A stretch of 64,000 bases of DNA from the human T2T-CHM13v2.0 reference genome, Homo sapiens. Shown here piece by piece: positions 14,140-27,775 of the stretch. The translations under genes and the position numbers were made by a program. The notes under the pieces are model-generated. The model saw only the letters and a list, made by a program, of their open reading frames with translations. It was not told where the DNA came from and ran no database searches. How positions within the stretch are numbered: position 1 is the first letter of the stretch; the number at the start of each line of letters is the position of its first letter. The stretch is taken from NCBI RefSeq assembly GCF_009914755.1, contig NC_060925.1; one strand, given 5' to 3'.

Positions 14140-14352
14140 CATTGATTCCTGGGGGAATGATTTTGCCCCCCCCCCAGGGGACATTTGGCAAAGTCTGCAG
14201 ACATTTTGTGCTGTCGCTTGGGGGGATGTTACTGGCTATCTAGCCGGTAAAGGTCAGGTATGCTGCTAAGTATCCCGCAATGCACAGAAGAGACCCAGAC
14301 AGAAGACTCATCCAGTCCCAAATACCAGTGATACGGAGGCTGAGAAATCCTG
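14140..14352 (+). mobile_element. MER20 (hAT-Charlie DNA transposon), near full length
   Basis: gattttgccccccc-caggggacatttggcaaagtctgcagacatttt...atgctgctaa...caatgcacag...gaggctgagaaatcctg follows the MER20 consensus end to end. Confidence 0.88.
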
Positions 14353-17300
14353 CTGTAAACTGTGAAGTACTGTGGGGGTGTTTGTGATTGTAATTCACTG
14401 CCCAGAGCCACGGAGGAGCTCTAAGGAGATGGATTTTTGACTATTTAGAGGGGAGAGAGGGATCTTTTAAAGCTGGGAATCAAGGGCACACTTCCTGGAG
14501 GAGGTGGGCCACATCTTTACCTGTGTGGTTGGCACTGCACATCTGGGCTGGCCGTGCCCCATCCCTGCCCCAGGGAGTTGTGCCCAGAGTGTTGGGCTTC
14601 ACTCCACCCAAGGCCAAGGGAGATATAAACTGTCCCCCGGCCCCCGGGCAAGCAGGCTCAGGGGAGCTTGGCCGGAAGTCGCACACCAGTGGGGACTCAA
14701 AGCCAATGGAAAGCATGATGCGTCCTTCACTGCCCCCAGGGCACGGAAAGGTGCTCCCAGCAGCAACTCCTCTGCCTGGCAAGATTGGCTTGTGAGCCAG
14801 GCTAGGTCTTCCTGACTCTGGGAGGCTCCTGCGGGGGCCCTTGTTGAGCAAGGGGGTTGCAGCCTAGGATCCTACCTGTGTTAAATCAGTGGATCTGGGT
14901 GGGACAGCCTGGGATAAACAGGGCTTGGGAGCAGCAGCCTGAAGGCCCGTTTTCTCCACCACCCCTATCAATAGGGACGCAGCCCTGCAGCTCCCTGACA
15001 GCAGCCCTTGCTTCCGGCAGCTGCCAGGGCTGCCATTTCCATCAGCGTGCCTGGCCCAGTGCCAGCTTGCCACACGCATGGGCTCGCTCTTTCTTCCCAA
15101 CCACCATTGTGCACCATTTGCATCAGTGGGCTCCATTTTACAGATGAGAAACCCGAGGCTCGGAGAGGTTAATAACCTGTCCAAGGTCACTCAGCTGGGC
15201 AGGGCAGAGCTCGGTTGGATCTCAAAGACCCACTTCTTGGCCATGCCGCCGGCCTGCCTCTGAGTGCAGCGTGGTCCCCCTCCCCTCACCCGTGGGATTC
15301 TGCTAGAACCCCGCTACCCCACTACTTTCCTCAGAAATCCACAGTCCTGAAACCTTAGCTTATTTATTCCCTAACCCTCCCCAGCACTTCCATTTGGGGT
15401 TCAGAACGATCTGCTGAGGACTGTGGCCCCAAGGGAGGAAGGGGACACCCAATATGTGGCCCAGAGCTGGGACTGGAACCCAGGTATCCTGACTCCCGGT
15501 ACAGCCTCAGTGCAGGGAAGAGGGGACATTAGAAACATTTCTGAGCTCAGGTCCGTGGCAGGGCAGCCTCCTTAAGGGCAGAGTCCCAGCCTTCCCCCAG
15601 GGACTCTTCATCCATCGGGCCCTCCCTCAGTGGTGGGAGCCGTCACAAGCTGTCAGCGGGCTCCTCCGGGTGCCAGACGAGAGTCTAATCAACAGCTCCC
15701 AGCTTCTCTGGGCCTGCCCAGGCCTCAGGCTGCCCTCCCAGCTCCAGGCTCCATCCTGCCCAACAGCTGCACGCGGCGGGACACCTGGCCTCCCCACCAG
15801 GCCACCTGCCCTTCTGAGACAACAGATAGTCCTGGCTCTCGCCACTGGCCAGCAGACCCACCCTGGACTCCAGGGTATTGGGAGGCGAGCGGAACCTAGA
15901 CCTTGCTCCTTGGCAGGTGCTGTCAGCTATCCTCTCGGGGCCAGGCCTCCTCATACCTCACACTTGAAAAGACACAGTGCCAGCCATCATGCCTGCATGG
16001 ACACCTGCCTCCCCGAAGCTTTTCCTTCTAGAGGCAGCTTTTCAGTCGGACACCTCTGGCATTTACCAGCTGGGTGACTTGGGCAGTTACCTCTGCGATC
16101 CCCAATCTTCTCATCTGTAACGGGATTGAAACGTTGTTGGGATTTAGATCATGCTGTGGGAGTCATCATAATAATTATTATTGTCATGATCATACAGTCT
16201 TCAGACCAAGTCCCCCTCTGTGCCTGCTCGGGCTCACACTCAGCTCTTTCCTCTGACAGCCATAGAGCATGTGCCCTGTTCCACCCAGTCGTGGTTTTAT
16301 CATGTCTTTCTACCTAGACTCCAGGCTTGTGGGAGGCCAGGCTGTGACATCCATTTCCCCCAGAGCTGCCATTCCTGGCCAGCTGATTGTTCGACAGAGG
16401 TTGATAAATATTGGACCAACCTTGGTATGTGCCCAGTGTCTTCTCCTTCATAGCCTCTCTGGTTTGGGAGGGTCCTGGGAAGCCTCTTGTTCCTCTTGCC
16501 TTGGGTGGAGCAGAGAGACCCTTGGCTTGAAGCCGGGGGTGGAGCAGGAGTGAGCTGGGTCATCCAGAGACCTGCTTCGTGGCAACCTGAACCATCACCG
16601 TTGCAGAGAACAGGTTTGCCAACCTCTCTTCTCCTAGGCTGCCCCTCCTCACCCCACCCCCAACAGCACAGGCAGGAGAACTGAGTTGTTGGAATTCCCC
16701 ACAGTTTGCATGATCCAAAGCCGAGGCTGCCTTCCTGGCTGGGATTCTGGGGGTGGACATGGGTGAAGGTGAGTGGTGATGCCACCGGGCCATGCTGGCT
16801 CCACTTTGGGACAGCTTCAGGGAAGGGGGTATAGGGTCACTGCCTGGGAGTCAGAACACCTGGGTTCAGTTCTCAGCTCTGAGTTTGGGCAAGTAGCTTC
16901 CACTCCCTAGGCCTCAGTTTCCTCATCTGAGTCAAAGATGAGATGTTCCTGAAGGACTTTCCACTGCAGATGTCGCTGTCTTCCATGTAGGCCTGGGCCA
17001 GACGCTTGGACTGCCACTTTTTTTTCTTTGTTTTTTGTTTGTTTGTTTGTTTTTTGTGGCTTTGGCGGTGCTGGGCAGGTGAGACACAGTTCTTGCTCCT
17101 TCTGATGCTCAGATCTGTTTTGGAGGCCCCCGCTCTGAACCCATGCATTCAAGAACCAGCTCCAGGGACACCCAGGGTCCTCCAAGTCCAAATCAGCTCC
17201 CTCCCCAGCTCTGTGACCCAGGCTCCATTCAGGGGGTGGCCTGCAGGGGGGCAGTGGGAGAAGGTGGTGGTGCCTTGCTTTCTGTACACTCTGCCACTGC

Positions 17301-17482
17301 TCCTGAAGTGTTAATCAAATTAAGGCTCCAAGAAAAACAAAAGCTCCGCAGCCACTTCGGGCTGCCTTGGAGTCGTTTGCTCTCGGAACAGCTGGGAGAA
17401 TTCCACATCACCTCCGTCCCCCAAGCCCTGGGTGGCTCTGACCCCAACGAACACACTCCTTCCAGCCTGGAGGGCTCTGGCT

Positions 17483-17495
17483 GGCCACAATGACC
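17483..17495. promoter_or_regulatory. Near-consensus oestrogen response element GGCCAcaaTGACC
   Basis: One mismatch (C at 17485) from GGTCAnnnTGACC, 1.2 kb from the ATG inside intron 1. Confidence 0.85.
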
Positions 17496-18608
17496 TCATA
17501 GCAACAGCCATTGGACACTCGGGGCAATTTCATGGGAGATATTTGTTCTTTGGTCTTGATGCAGAGAGAATTTTTTCCTCTCTCCCTGTCTCCATGGAAA
17601 CCCCAGCTACACTGTTGGCGATCCCCCTTCCCACCCCATGCTTTTCAGATCAATATTGGAGCTTGGCTCCCCACTGGCTGCCCACAGCGGATGGTGGCAG
17701 AGCTCTGGGCAGGAGGAACTGGGGCCAGGGTTAAGCGCGGGGCATGGGGAACTGTCCCTGAGCGGGGATGAAAGGAGCGCGGGTCCGCTTGCTCCCTGTC
17801 CACCCACTCACTGGAGCTCATCCCTTTAGTCTCCCTCCCTGCAGCAAACCTTCCGCCCCTACCCAGGGAGCGCCCTGAGCGCAGATCCAGTCAAGGAGAA
17901 ACAGACAGGTCACCAGCGGTTACCACCCCTTCCTCCTTAGGCTAGACACGGGGAGCTGGGGGGCCGTTGTCTTCTTTAAGGTCTGGACGGAGTTTCTTCC
18001 TGCCCCGGGGAAAAACCAAGGCCCGGCCAGCGCCAGCGCCAGCCCCGGGCCCTGGGAGACCAGGCGTCCTGGTCCCTTCCTTCTGTCTCCGGCTCCCGCC
18101 CCCCAAGCAGAAACAGGTCCCTGCACGCCTCCAGCCCAGCCCGCAGCGCGGCGCAGCTCGGCGCAGCTCGGCGCTGGGAGCTCGCTCCGGACTTCTCGGG
18201 ATTAACCTGCTATTATGTCCCGGAGCCCTTCCCTGCAATGGGCTTCCTCAGCGACCTGTCAGCCCGGCTGGACTGCAACCCGCGTCCGGCGCCCCTCCCG
18301 GGCCACCGCCCCGCGCTCGCACCCCTGGCGCCCTCGAGAGCCCCGAGCCGCCTACCGGTGCGGACGCCGCCACAGCCACCCCTGACGCCTCTGGGCAGGG
18401 AGCCGGACCCGGGCAGGAGGGGACCCCGGGTGTGCAGAGGGACGTTCGGGCCGTGGCGGCGGCAGCGGAGCGAGCGAGCCTCCGGTCCCGCGGCCGAGAC
18501 ACCTGCCGGGCTGCCCCGCGCCCGCTGCCCCGCGCCGCCTGGCACCGGCCGCTGCCCCCGGGGCCTGCCCCGCCCCGCCCCGCCCCGCTCGGCCCCGGCC
18601 AGACTTAC

Positions 18609-18685
18609 AGCCAGTTGCTCGCGGCGGCTGAGAAGACGGCGAAGACGAGGAGGCGCAGCGAACGCAGGCACGAGCGGGGACTCAT
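18609..18685 (-). CDS. WNT4: WNT4 coding exon 1 (codons 1-26, signal peptide [26 protein letters not shown])
   Basis: ATG in GCGGCACCATGA context. The 77 nt end at a consensus donor CT|GTAAGT (plus strand acttac 18603-18608). The translation is the recognisable WNT4 N-terminus, and phase 2 fits exon 2. Confidence 0.99.
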
Positions 18686-18865
18686 GGTGCCGCCGCGGGC
18701 GCCCGGCCCGGGGCAGCGGCTGCGGCCGCGGGGGGCCTCCCGTCGGGGCTGCAGGTGGGCGCCCGCGGGCGGGCCGGGGCGCGCGCGGCGGGGCTCTGCC
18801 TCCGTGTGCCTGCCGGCAGCCTGCCCGCTGCTGCGCCCGCTGCCCGGCGCGGACCAGACTGTCAG
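18686..18865 (-). other. WNT4: WNT4 GC-rich 5' UTR (TSS approximate)
   Basis: Contiguous with the ATG and has no upstream ATG. The TSS near 18860 is recalled, not derivable from sequence. Confidence 0.6.
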
Positions 18866-18879
18866 CGCCGCCCCAGAGC

Positions 18880-18885
<6 letters not shown>

Positions 18886-18919
<34 letters not shown>

Positions 18920-18940
18920 AGGCGGGCGGGCGGGCGGGCG
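18886..18940. repeat. (GCG)11 trinucleotide tract followed by (GGCG)5
   Basis: Direct count: 11 GCG at 18886-18918, then ga, then ggcg x5 at 18921-18940. Confidence 0.95.
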
Positions 18941-21055
18941 GCCGGGGGGGCGGGCCGGGGGCGGGCCGAGGATGGGGTTACCTGGGCGGGCCCAGCGGCC
19001 CGGGACACCCCCCCGGGGGCGGGCCGGAGCGGCGGCGGCTGCCGCCTTAGCCCGCGGGACTGGGCTGCTCCCGGGGCCTCCCCGGCTGGGCGCTCCGGAG
19101 GACTTGGGGCCCGAGCCCGCTCCAGGCACGCCTGGCTGCGCGCCGCCGAGCCCGGCCCGGCTAGAGGCGCGGCGACCCAGCTGCCCGGCCGCCGCCCGGG
19201 CCTAGGGGACAGGCGGGCACAGCTCCCCCAACCCGCCGCTGCGGGCACTGCAGCGCGGCCCTCGCTGTCCCCCTACCCCCCCCCACCGCCCCCCGCCGGC
19301 GCCTGGAGCCCAGACCCCGGTCCGACCGCGGCGGACCCACCGGAGCGCGGCTACCACTCGCGCGCACCCAGGCGCTGGCGCTCCGGGTACCTGGGGCTGC
19401 ACATCGGGGCGCTGGATGTCTCCCGACCGCCCCCCGCCCGGCCCCTCCCTGCCTCCTGGCCCCCGCGTCCTGCGGCCCAGCCCCTCCCTGGCGCTCACCT
19501 CCCTACAGCCTTCCGGGAGCTGGACGGGGCCTCCCCAGCTTTGGGCAGCTTGGGACAGTGGCCCGAGACTGTGGGAATCCGAAACCTCGCTTCTGGCTAG
19601 CCACAAGGTCTGGGCGCGCCCCAGGCAGCAGGGTCTTGACTCTGAGCCTCCGTTTTCTCATCCGGGAAGTGGGCTTAAGACGCTGTGATTGGGAGGACAG
19701 GAGGAGTTTAGGGAAGCTCTCTTGGCTCACTCACCAAGTCTTACTTTGCATTTGGTTTTCTATGTGCTTGTTCGATTTATCCTCCCATACTAGGCAGATT
19801 CAGCCTCTTGTTTGTTTTGGGCACAGGGCGGTGCCTGCCATGTTTGTGGAAGGAATAAATGAATGGAATGGAATGGGCTGCAACAGCCTGTGCTTGGCTA
19901 GTCCAGAGAGCTCAATTCCACATCACTGTAACCCCTAAGAATTGTCTGCCCAAGTCCACGCCACACCCTCTCAGGTCACTGATCTGATTCTGTGTGCTAC
20001 TCATCCTCCAGGCTGCATCCCCCAGCTGCTCACAGGTAGAGGGACCTCTTATCTAAACAGTAAAACTAAGGCCCGGAAAGGGAGGCACCTGTCCCACCTC
20101 CCTAGGGGTTGGGAACAGAGGCAAGGACCAGGTCTATGCCCTCACCCCCTGATCTTAGTTCTTCACTGATTTTGGAGTATGAAGTTTGCTCCCACAGAGG
20201 CCATCATGTTTGGGTGCTGGGATGGTGCCCTGGGGTCCCCTGGGCTCAGAACAGAGGAAGGGCTCAGTAAACATTTGGTATTGGGACTGGGTGGAACGTG
20301 GCAGGGATTTGTGGGGCTGGGCAAGAGTATAGATGGAGGTTCACATACCATATGTCCAAATATTTGCAGGCTATAAATCAAGCTAACAAAATGCAAAATA
20401 AATTATGTTCTATTCTTCTATCTTGACAAATACACTTTCCTAACAAGGCAGAAAGCTGGCTTTGAGTGTGGCATTCTCATACTCCTCAGACCTTGCCCTG
20501 GAGCTGGTGGCACAGGGAGAGGGGGCCCCTAGTGCCTGGCCTGGGCCCCTGCCCCCTACCTTTTCCTACCTCTGCCTCTGTCCTGTCCTTCGAGAGTCTT
20601 GTGCACATTCATGAACATCTCAGCCTGCACATGCAAGCTCAGCCCCTTGGTAGCCCCTCAGGCTTAGGGCTGGGCACGCCAGTGGTGTACTCTGTCCTCG
20701 GGCTGGATCTGCGGAAGAGACCCACGCAGGTCCTGGCAGTGGGCTAAGGGCCATCTCTGCAGGGAACCCCAGGGGCCTGGGCACCCAGAGTATGCTCTAG
20801 TGGAGGTGCCACAAGTTCCAGGTGGGCATGTCCCCTTGTCCCATGGTCTTCCCTCCTTGTGATGAGAGGTTAGCTGGAGGAGGGCCAGACTGGGGGGGTC
20901 CCCAGGGCAGGGGCCACTCTCACCTGTGTTTAAGGGTGGTACTGAAGTGCTGACCTATTTTGAACCAGCATATTCACTTCCTGGAGACTCAGTATGGTAT
21001 GGTGGAAAATAATAATAACAACGATAATAATTTAGATGGCAACAGGTAATTATGT

Positions 21056-21190
21056 TAGGATGGCCATATAATTTTCTTCCAAACCAGGATGTTTTCAAGA
21101 GTGACGGGGGGCTCTAACTGGAAGATTTGCCAGGCTACCAGGCATAGACCAAGACTGTGCCAGGCCACCTAGGATGCACTGTGCCACTCA
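21056..21190 (+). mobile_element. MER81-like hAT-Blackjack element
   Basis: taggatggccatataatttt...ccaaaccaggat...gagtgacggggg resembles the MER81 consensus. Confidence 0.6.
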
Positions 21191-21540
21191 AATGTTGTGC
21201 CCTGGTATGTCAGGCACTGTTCTTAGTGCTTTACACGCTTTGACTCATTCAATCGTTGCAACAAATCTAGGAAGTACGTACTGTTATCACCCTCATTTTA
21301 CAGATGAAGACACCAGGTTACTTGCTTAAGGAAAGTGGTGGACCTGGGACTCCAGAGCCACATCCCCGGCTCCCATACCATCCTGAGCCTGGGACTCAGG
21401 TGTTTGGGCTTAAGCCCCTGTCCCAAAGCACATGACACTTGACCTTTGGGAAGCTGCAGGACCTTCAGTTTCTGTATCCATCAGGTGGGAACAATGTTAC
21501 CTGGCTTGCCTTCTCCTGGGGTGCTGGGAGATGCATATGA

Positions 21541-21986
<446 letters not shown>

Positions 21987-22963
21987 GGAAATTCTTAATG
22001 AGAAAGTCTCTTGGAGGAAATGCTCTTCTAACTTTCAAGAACAGCCCAACTGTGAAGATATCAATGCAAATTAACTAAAAAGTCAAATTGTCAATAGCTC
22101 TTTAATGTCAGTAGTAAGAGTGCATCTGGTACTTTCTATATATACCAGCCACTGTTCCAAGTGCTTTGCCTGTTCGCATTAACTCATGGAATCTTGGCCA
22201 CGGCTCTAGGAAGTAGATACTGTTCTTAGTTCCATTTACAGGAGGGGAAGCCCATGTGTGGCTCTAAAACTGCTATAAGACATATTAACAACCCTATTAC
22301 ATAGGTTAAGATTATTGTTATTCCCATTTTACATATGGAGAAACTGAGGCACAGAGAGTTCAAGTGGATTGCCTAAAGTCACCCAGGTAGCAGCACAGCC
22401 AGGGTTTGGAAGCAGGTGGTCTGGGCACTGAGCGAGCACAAAGCTGTTCAATGGACAAAAGTCTTCCACATGTCAGAATTAATGTCTGTGTTCAGAAGGG
22501 GAAGCTCATGGGGTTTCTGTAGACTCTTCCTGGGGGTTACTTTAAACCCTCAAAATCCAAGGCAGAGCCCTCCACACCATATCCCTCTCTGTGCCCAGCA
22601 CCATGAGTACCTCACACATAATAGAATGGGAACATATCTTTCTTGAAGGGACCAATTCCTTAACTTCCTGAGCGGCCCATTTTTGGAATTAGTTCTCCCT
22701 CCTTAATAACTATGAAAATTCACTGAGGAAGGGAAACCCAGTCAAGTTTTTAATCAGAAAGAATCACATTCAGTGTGTCTAAGTTATCACCAGCTCTTAG
22801 GGAGTGGGCCCAAAGCAACGTGGTTGGATGTTTCTCCAGCTCAGTCCTGGAAGCACCTGGTAACGGAGTGTCAGGTCAGCTGGTGACCAGGATTTCTAGT
22901 CCAATTTCCCAGATTTGTGAGGTGAAGAAACCGGGGGCACTAGGCTCAGGGTCTAGAAAATTC

Positions 22964-23131
22964 TTTTTTTTTTTTTTTGAGATGGAGTCTTGCTCTTGTC
23001 ACTCAGGCTGGAGTGCAATGGCGCGATCTCAGCTCACTGCAACCTCTGCCTCCCAGGGCCCAAGTGATTCTCCTGCCTCAGCCTCCAGAGTAGCTGGGAT
23101 TATAGGTGCCTGCCACTTCGCCCAGCTAATT
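22964..23131 (-). mobile_element. 5'-truncated Alu (right arm only)
   Basis: Ends at the middle linker (cagctaatt). TSD agggtctagaaaa at 22948-22960 and 23132-23144. Confidence 0.88.
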
Positions 23132-23634
23132 AGGGTCTAGAAAAGTCTTAATGCCTATCCGTGCACTTTGCAAGGAAATAAAAGGTACTTTCTTCCCGTG
23201 CCACTCTGGTCTACATGTGTTGGGCTTTGGCTGGGCATATCTGCACAGGCGTCTCCTCCAAGGCTGTTCACCCTGACCAGGGAGGGAACGGGAAACCTGG
23301 TCAGTCCCAGCCAGCCATCCATGTATGTGCGGCCCTCGGCAAGTCCTTGCTCCTCTCTGGGACTGGCATTTGCTCCTTAAAGACTCTTGTGGGATCTAGA
23401 GAAGCAGTGAAGTGGACCAGCAAGTTCTGGGGAATACCTGCATTTGTTCCAGGCCCTGACAGATCTCTTTGCCTCTCTGAGCCTCAGTTTCCTCATCTGT
23501 TCAAGGGGATCATAGCGATGTCATGAGGAATCAGTAGATAAGGTGTGTAAAGGCTTCTGAGCACAGGGCCCAGCTTCAGTGAATGTTGAGTAAGGCTTCA
23601 GTGATTGTTAGCGCTTCATCTTGTTCTATGTTTG

Positions 23635-23795
23635 AAACCAGAAGTTGCGCACCTGTGGTCTGTGGAGGTGTTTTGCTTGGCCTGCCTAGTGTGTTTTCAA
23701 GTACATGAATTTACTGATACTATTTCAAGATTGGGAGATTTCACATGAGAAGCTAGATCTCCAGCTTCTCTTGAGAAATGGGAGATTTGGCAACA
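23635..23795. mobile_element. MER103-like DNA transposon fragment
   Basis: gggagatttcacatgaag...tccagcttctcttgagaaatggg...tttggcaaca. Confidence 0.5.
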
Positions 23796-24421
23796 TGGGA
23801 CCCACATTCTCGGGTGAAGAGCGATCTTTGACTTTAGATGGGGATTGTACTTTTAACAGCTCACTCATGCCCCCGTAACCCCTGTCAGATCCCTATGGGA
23901 AGGAAGGAAGCCAGTATTTACTGAGCATCCTACTGTTTGTCACAGAACACCTCAAGAGCTGTGCCTACATATTGCATTTAATCTTTACCATAAGCTGTTA
24001 GTACCCTTATTTTGCCAGTGAGGAAATAGAGGCTCAGAGAGTCCAGTTAAGTTGTCTAAGATCATCACACTGTTGGTAGGTGGTACACCCAGGACTGCCA
24101 ATCTGGACGTAGGTTTCTTTTTCTTTTTAGGGCTTTCTTTCCACCCATCACCTAGTGCCGGTTCTGTAGAGTAACCTTGGTTATGACCCATTGATGATCA
24201 GAAGATGGATGTAGGTGTGTGGTTCTCATTCTTTACCTTCAGACCGCTGGGAGGCTGCGGAGTTAGAGTAGAGGTCTAGAAATCAATGTGAACACCCAGA
24301 ATTCTTGGACTAAAAGCCTTCCTTCTATATAGAAGATAATCACAGTTTTAAATGTTTTACTGTGAAAATGTTCAAATATATACAATAAAGAATAATAGCA
24401 TTAATAAACACCCATATCTGA

Positions 24422-24786
<365 letters not shown>

Positions 24787-24871
24787 TAAAATCTTTACTA
24801 AATTATTTCAAAACACATGCCAGATCCCTTTTCGTTTCACCCATACAAACTTCAATGTGCAGCTCTAAGAC

Positions 24872-25085
24872 CAGGGGTGTGCCAGAGCTGCTGGTTTTAG
24901 TGGCTAAGACCTGACTGGTGCACCTCTCCCTAATTCTGTGTTCAGAAACATCATATTGGTAGCTTGAAATCGGCCATGGTGGGAATATTTACACCATGGG
25001 AATCGGCACACACCACAAACCAGGGCTCCCCTCCATCTCCCCACCCCAGAGAGCTGGTTGTTAAACATTTACCAGTACACCACTG
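24872..25085 (+). mobile_element. MER63-like hAT element
   Basis: ttggtagcttgaaatcggcca...tatttacacca...gttgttaaacatttaccagtacaccactg. Confidence 0.75.
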
Positions 25086-25316
25086 TCTCGAACACAAGGA
25101 CAGTTTCTTACATGACCACCATGCTATTATCTTACCTAATGAAATTAACACCAACATCAGAATCAAATGTCCCCAATAGTTTTAAAAAAGTCTGTTTACT
25201 GATGGCTTCTTCAATCAGGACTTAAACAAGGTTCACCCATGATATTTGATTGTTATGTCTCCTGATTGTTATTAATCTAGAGCCATGCCCCTTTATCTCC
25301 CAGTTGTGGCTTTTTA

Positions 25317-25817
<501 letters not shown>

Positions 25818-26097
25818 TTATTTTGCTATTAACACATACTAAAAGTGCCCTCATTATGGAATCTTTTGCCGTGAAGGAGGGGTCGTCAGACTCAGGAAAG
25901 CTGGCCCTTCTGGTCGGGCCTCACCAGTCAGGGCAGGTCCTTTTGCATTCGGTCCTGGGAATGCAGAATCTATAGCCGCCTTCGGGAGTTCATTCCACAT
26001 GCTGACACTTGGATGATCAGTATTCCTACCTCATGTCTAACTGCAGTCTTTCCTGCTTTAGATGAAGCCCATTTTCTCCACCTGGAACCCTGAGATG

Positions 26098-26450
<353 letters not shown>

Positions 26451-26921
26451 TAATGCTGAGAAGAAAAAGTCCCCAATGTCCTGTGATTCTGGGATTCCAA
26501 GGGCTGTACTTGCAGCAGTCATCATTTCACCCTGGAGTGGGTAAGACCTTGTTATGCCCCAGCCCCTCCCTGCCCAGCAGAAGGCAGGTATCCCTTTTCC
26601 ACCCACCTGAAGGATGGGGCTCTCACTGATCAGGGTGGAGGGCATTCACCTTTACCTGCCGTCCTGGGATCCCCCTGCACAGCCTGGCCAGCAGGTCTGG
26701 GGTCTTGTCCACTGGCCCAGCCTCAGGTCGTGATTCTGATTCCCTCACAGGGCTCCTGTCCTCGCTTGGTCTTTCCAACTGGATTGAATCCTGGATGCTG
26801 ACTCCTCTCTGTCTTTATCCTGTTGTCACCTCACCGAGTCAGCTGGGAGCTTGCTCTTTCCTTCTAGCAACAGAAGACTGTGGTGAAAACACTTGTTGCA
26901 GCTGAGCGTTCTGCTTGAATC

Positions 26922-27229
<308 letters not shown>

Positions 27230-27775
27230 TGAAAATGGCTTGACCTGGAGGGGATGCCACTCCTCTGGGAAGCAGAGTGGCACATGGGGGTTGTGGAGGC
27301 TTTGCTAGTGCTGGACCTTCAACAGAAGGTTGAATCTGAGCATGTGTTGAAGCTGCTGTTAGGAGAACAGCTGCAGTTAACAAGACCCAACCTGGGAAAC
27401 ACACTATTCAGGAGTGGTAAGGCCCTGTTAGAACCATCCCTTCCACAATGGCAGACTTCTAATGCAGCCCATTGCCCTGGGGAAGCTTGGGGGTGGGCAG
27501 TGTGAACTTGACTTTTCTCAAAGGTAATGCACATCACCTTTAAGGGAAGAAATCAGAGGAACTTGGAGGAATGAAAAGCTAGTCTGGCAGTGACCATTAA
27601 GAGAGAGGCAGACAATCTGGACACCAGCAATTCTGAAGTCTCAGAAAAAGGTCTGACTGATAAAGAAAAATTCAAGGTGAATTAGAAGCGGTATTTGGTC
27701 AAGGTCAAGGTAACAGGGAATGTAACTGATAGCTAAGGATTATTGCACGAGGTGCTGAATTGCACTTGAATGTCT

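Larger units (their letters stand above)
5615..18608 (-). other. WNT4: WNT4 intron 1 (12,994 bp, GT-AG)
   Basis: Bounded by the exon 1 donor and the exon 2 acceptor. Confidence 0.97.
17950..19650. promoter_or_regulatory. WNT4: CpG-island, TATA-less promoter of WNT4 with multiple GC boxes (Sp/KLF)
   Basis: Very high GC and CpG density. GGGGCGGG boxes at about 18947-18966 and 19016-19023. Confidence 0.93.

Noticed and set aside
17237-17255. Second CTCF-like sequence tggcctgcaggggggcagt
   Set aside because: An extra G breaks the core spacing, so the match is weak.
17967-19600. Long ORFs (412, 270 and 281 aa) over the promoter
   Set aside because: Low-complexity Pro/Arg/Gly/Ala frames caused by stop-codon scarcity in a CpG island; they overlap in several frames and show no domain.
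22874-22888. GGTCA-gctgg-TGACC as a second ERE
   Set aside because: The spacer is 5 nt, not 3.
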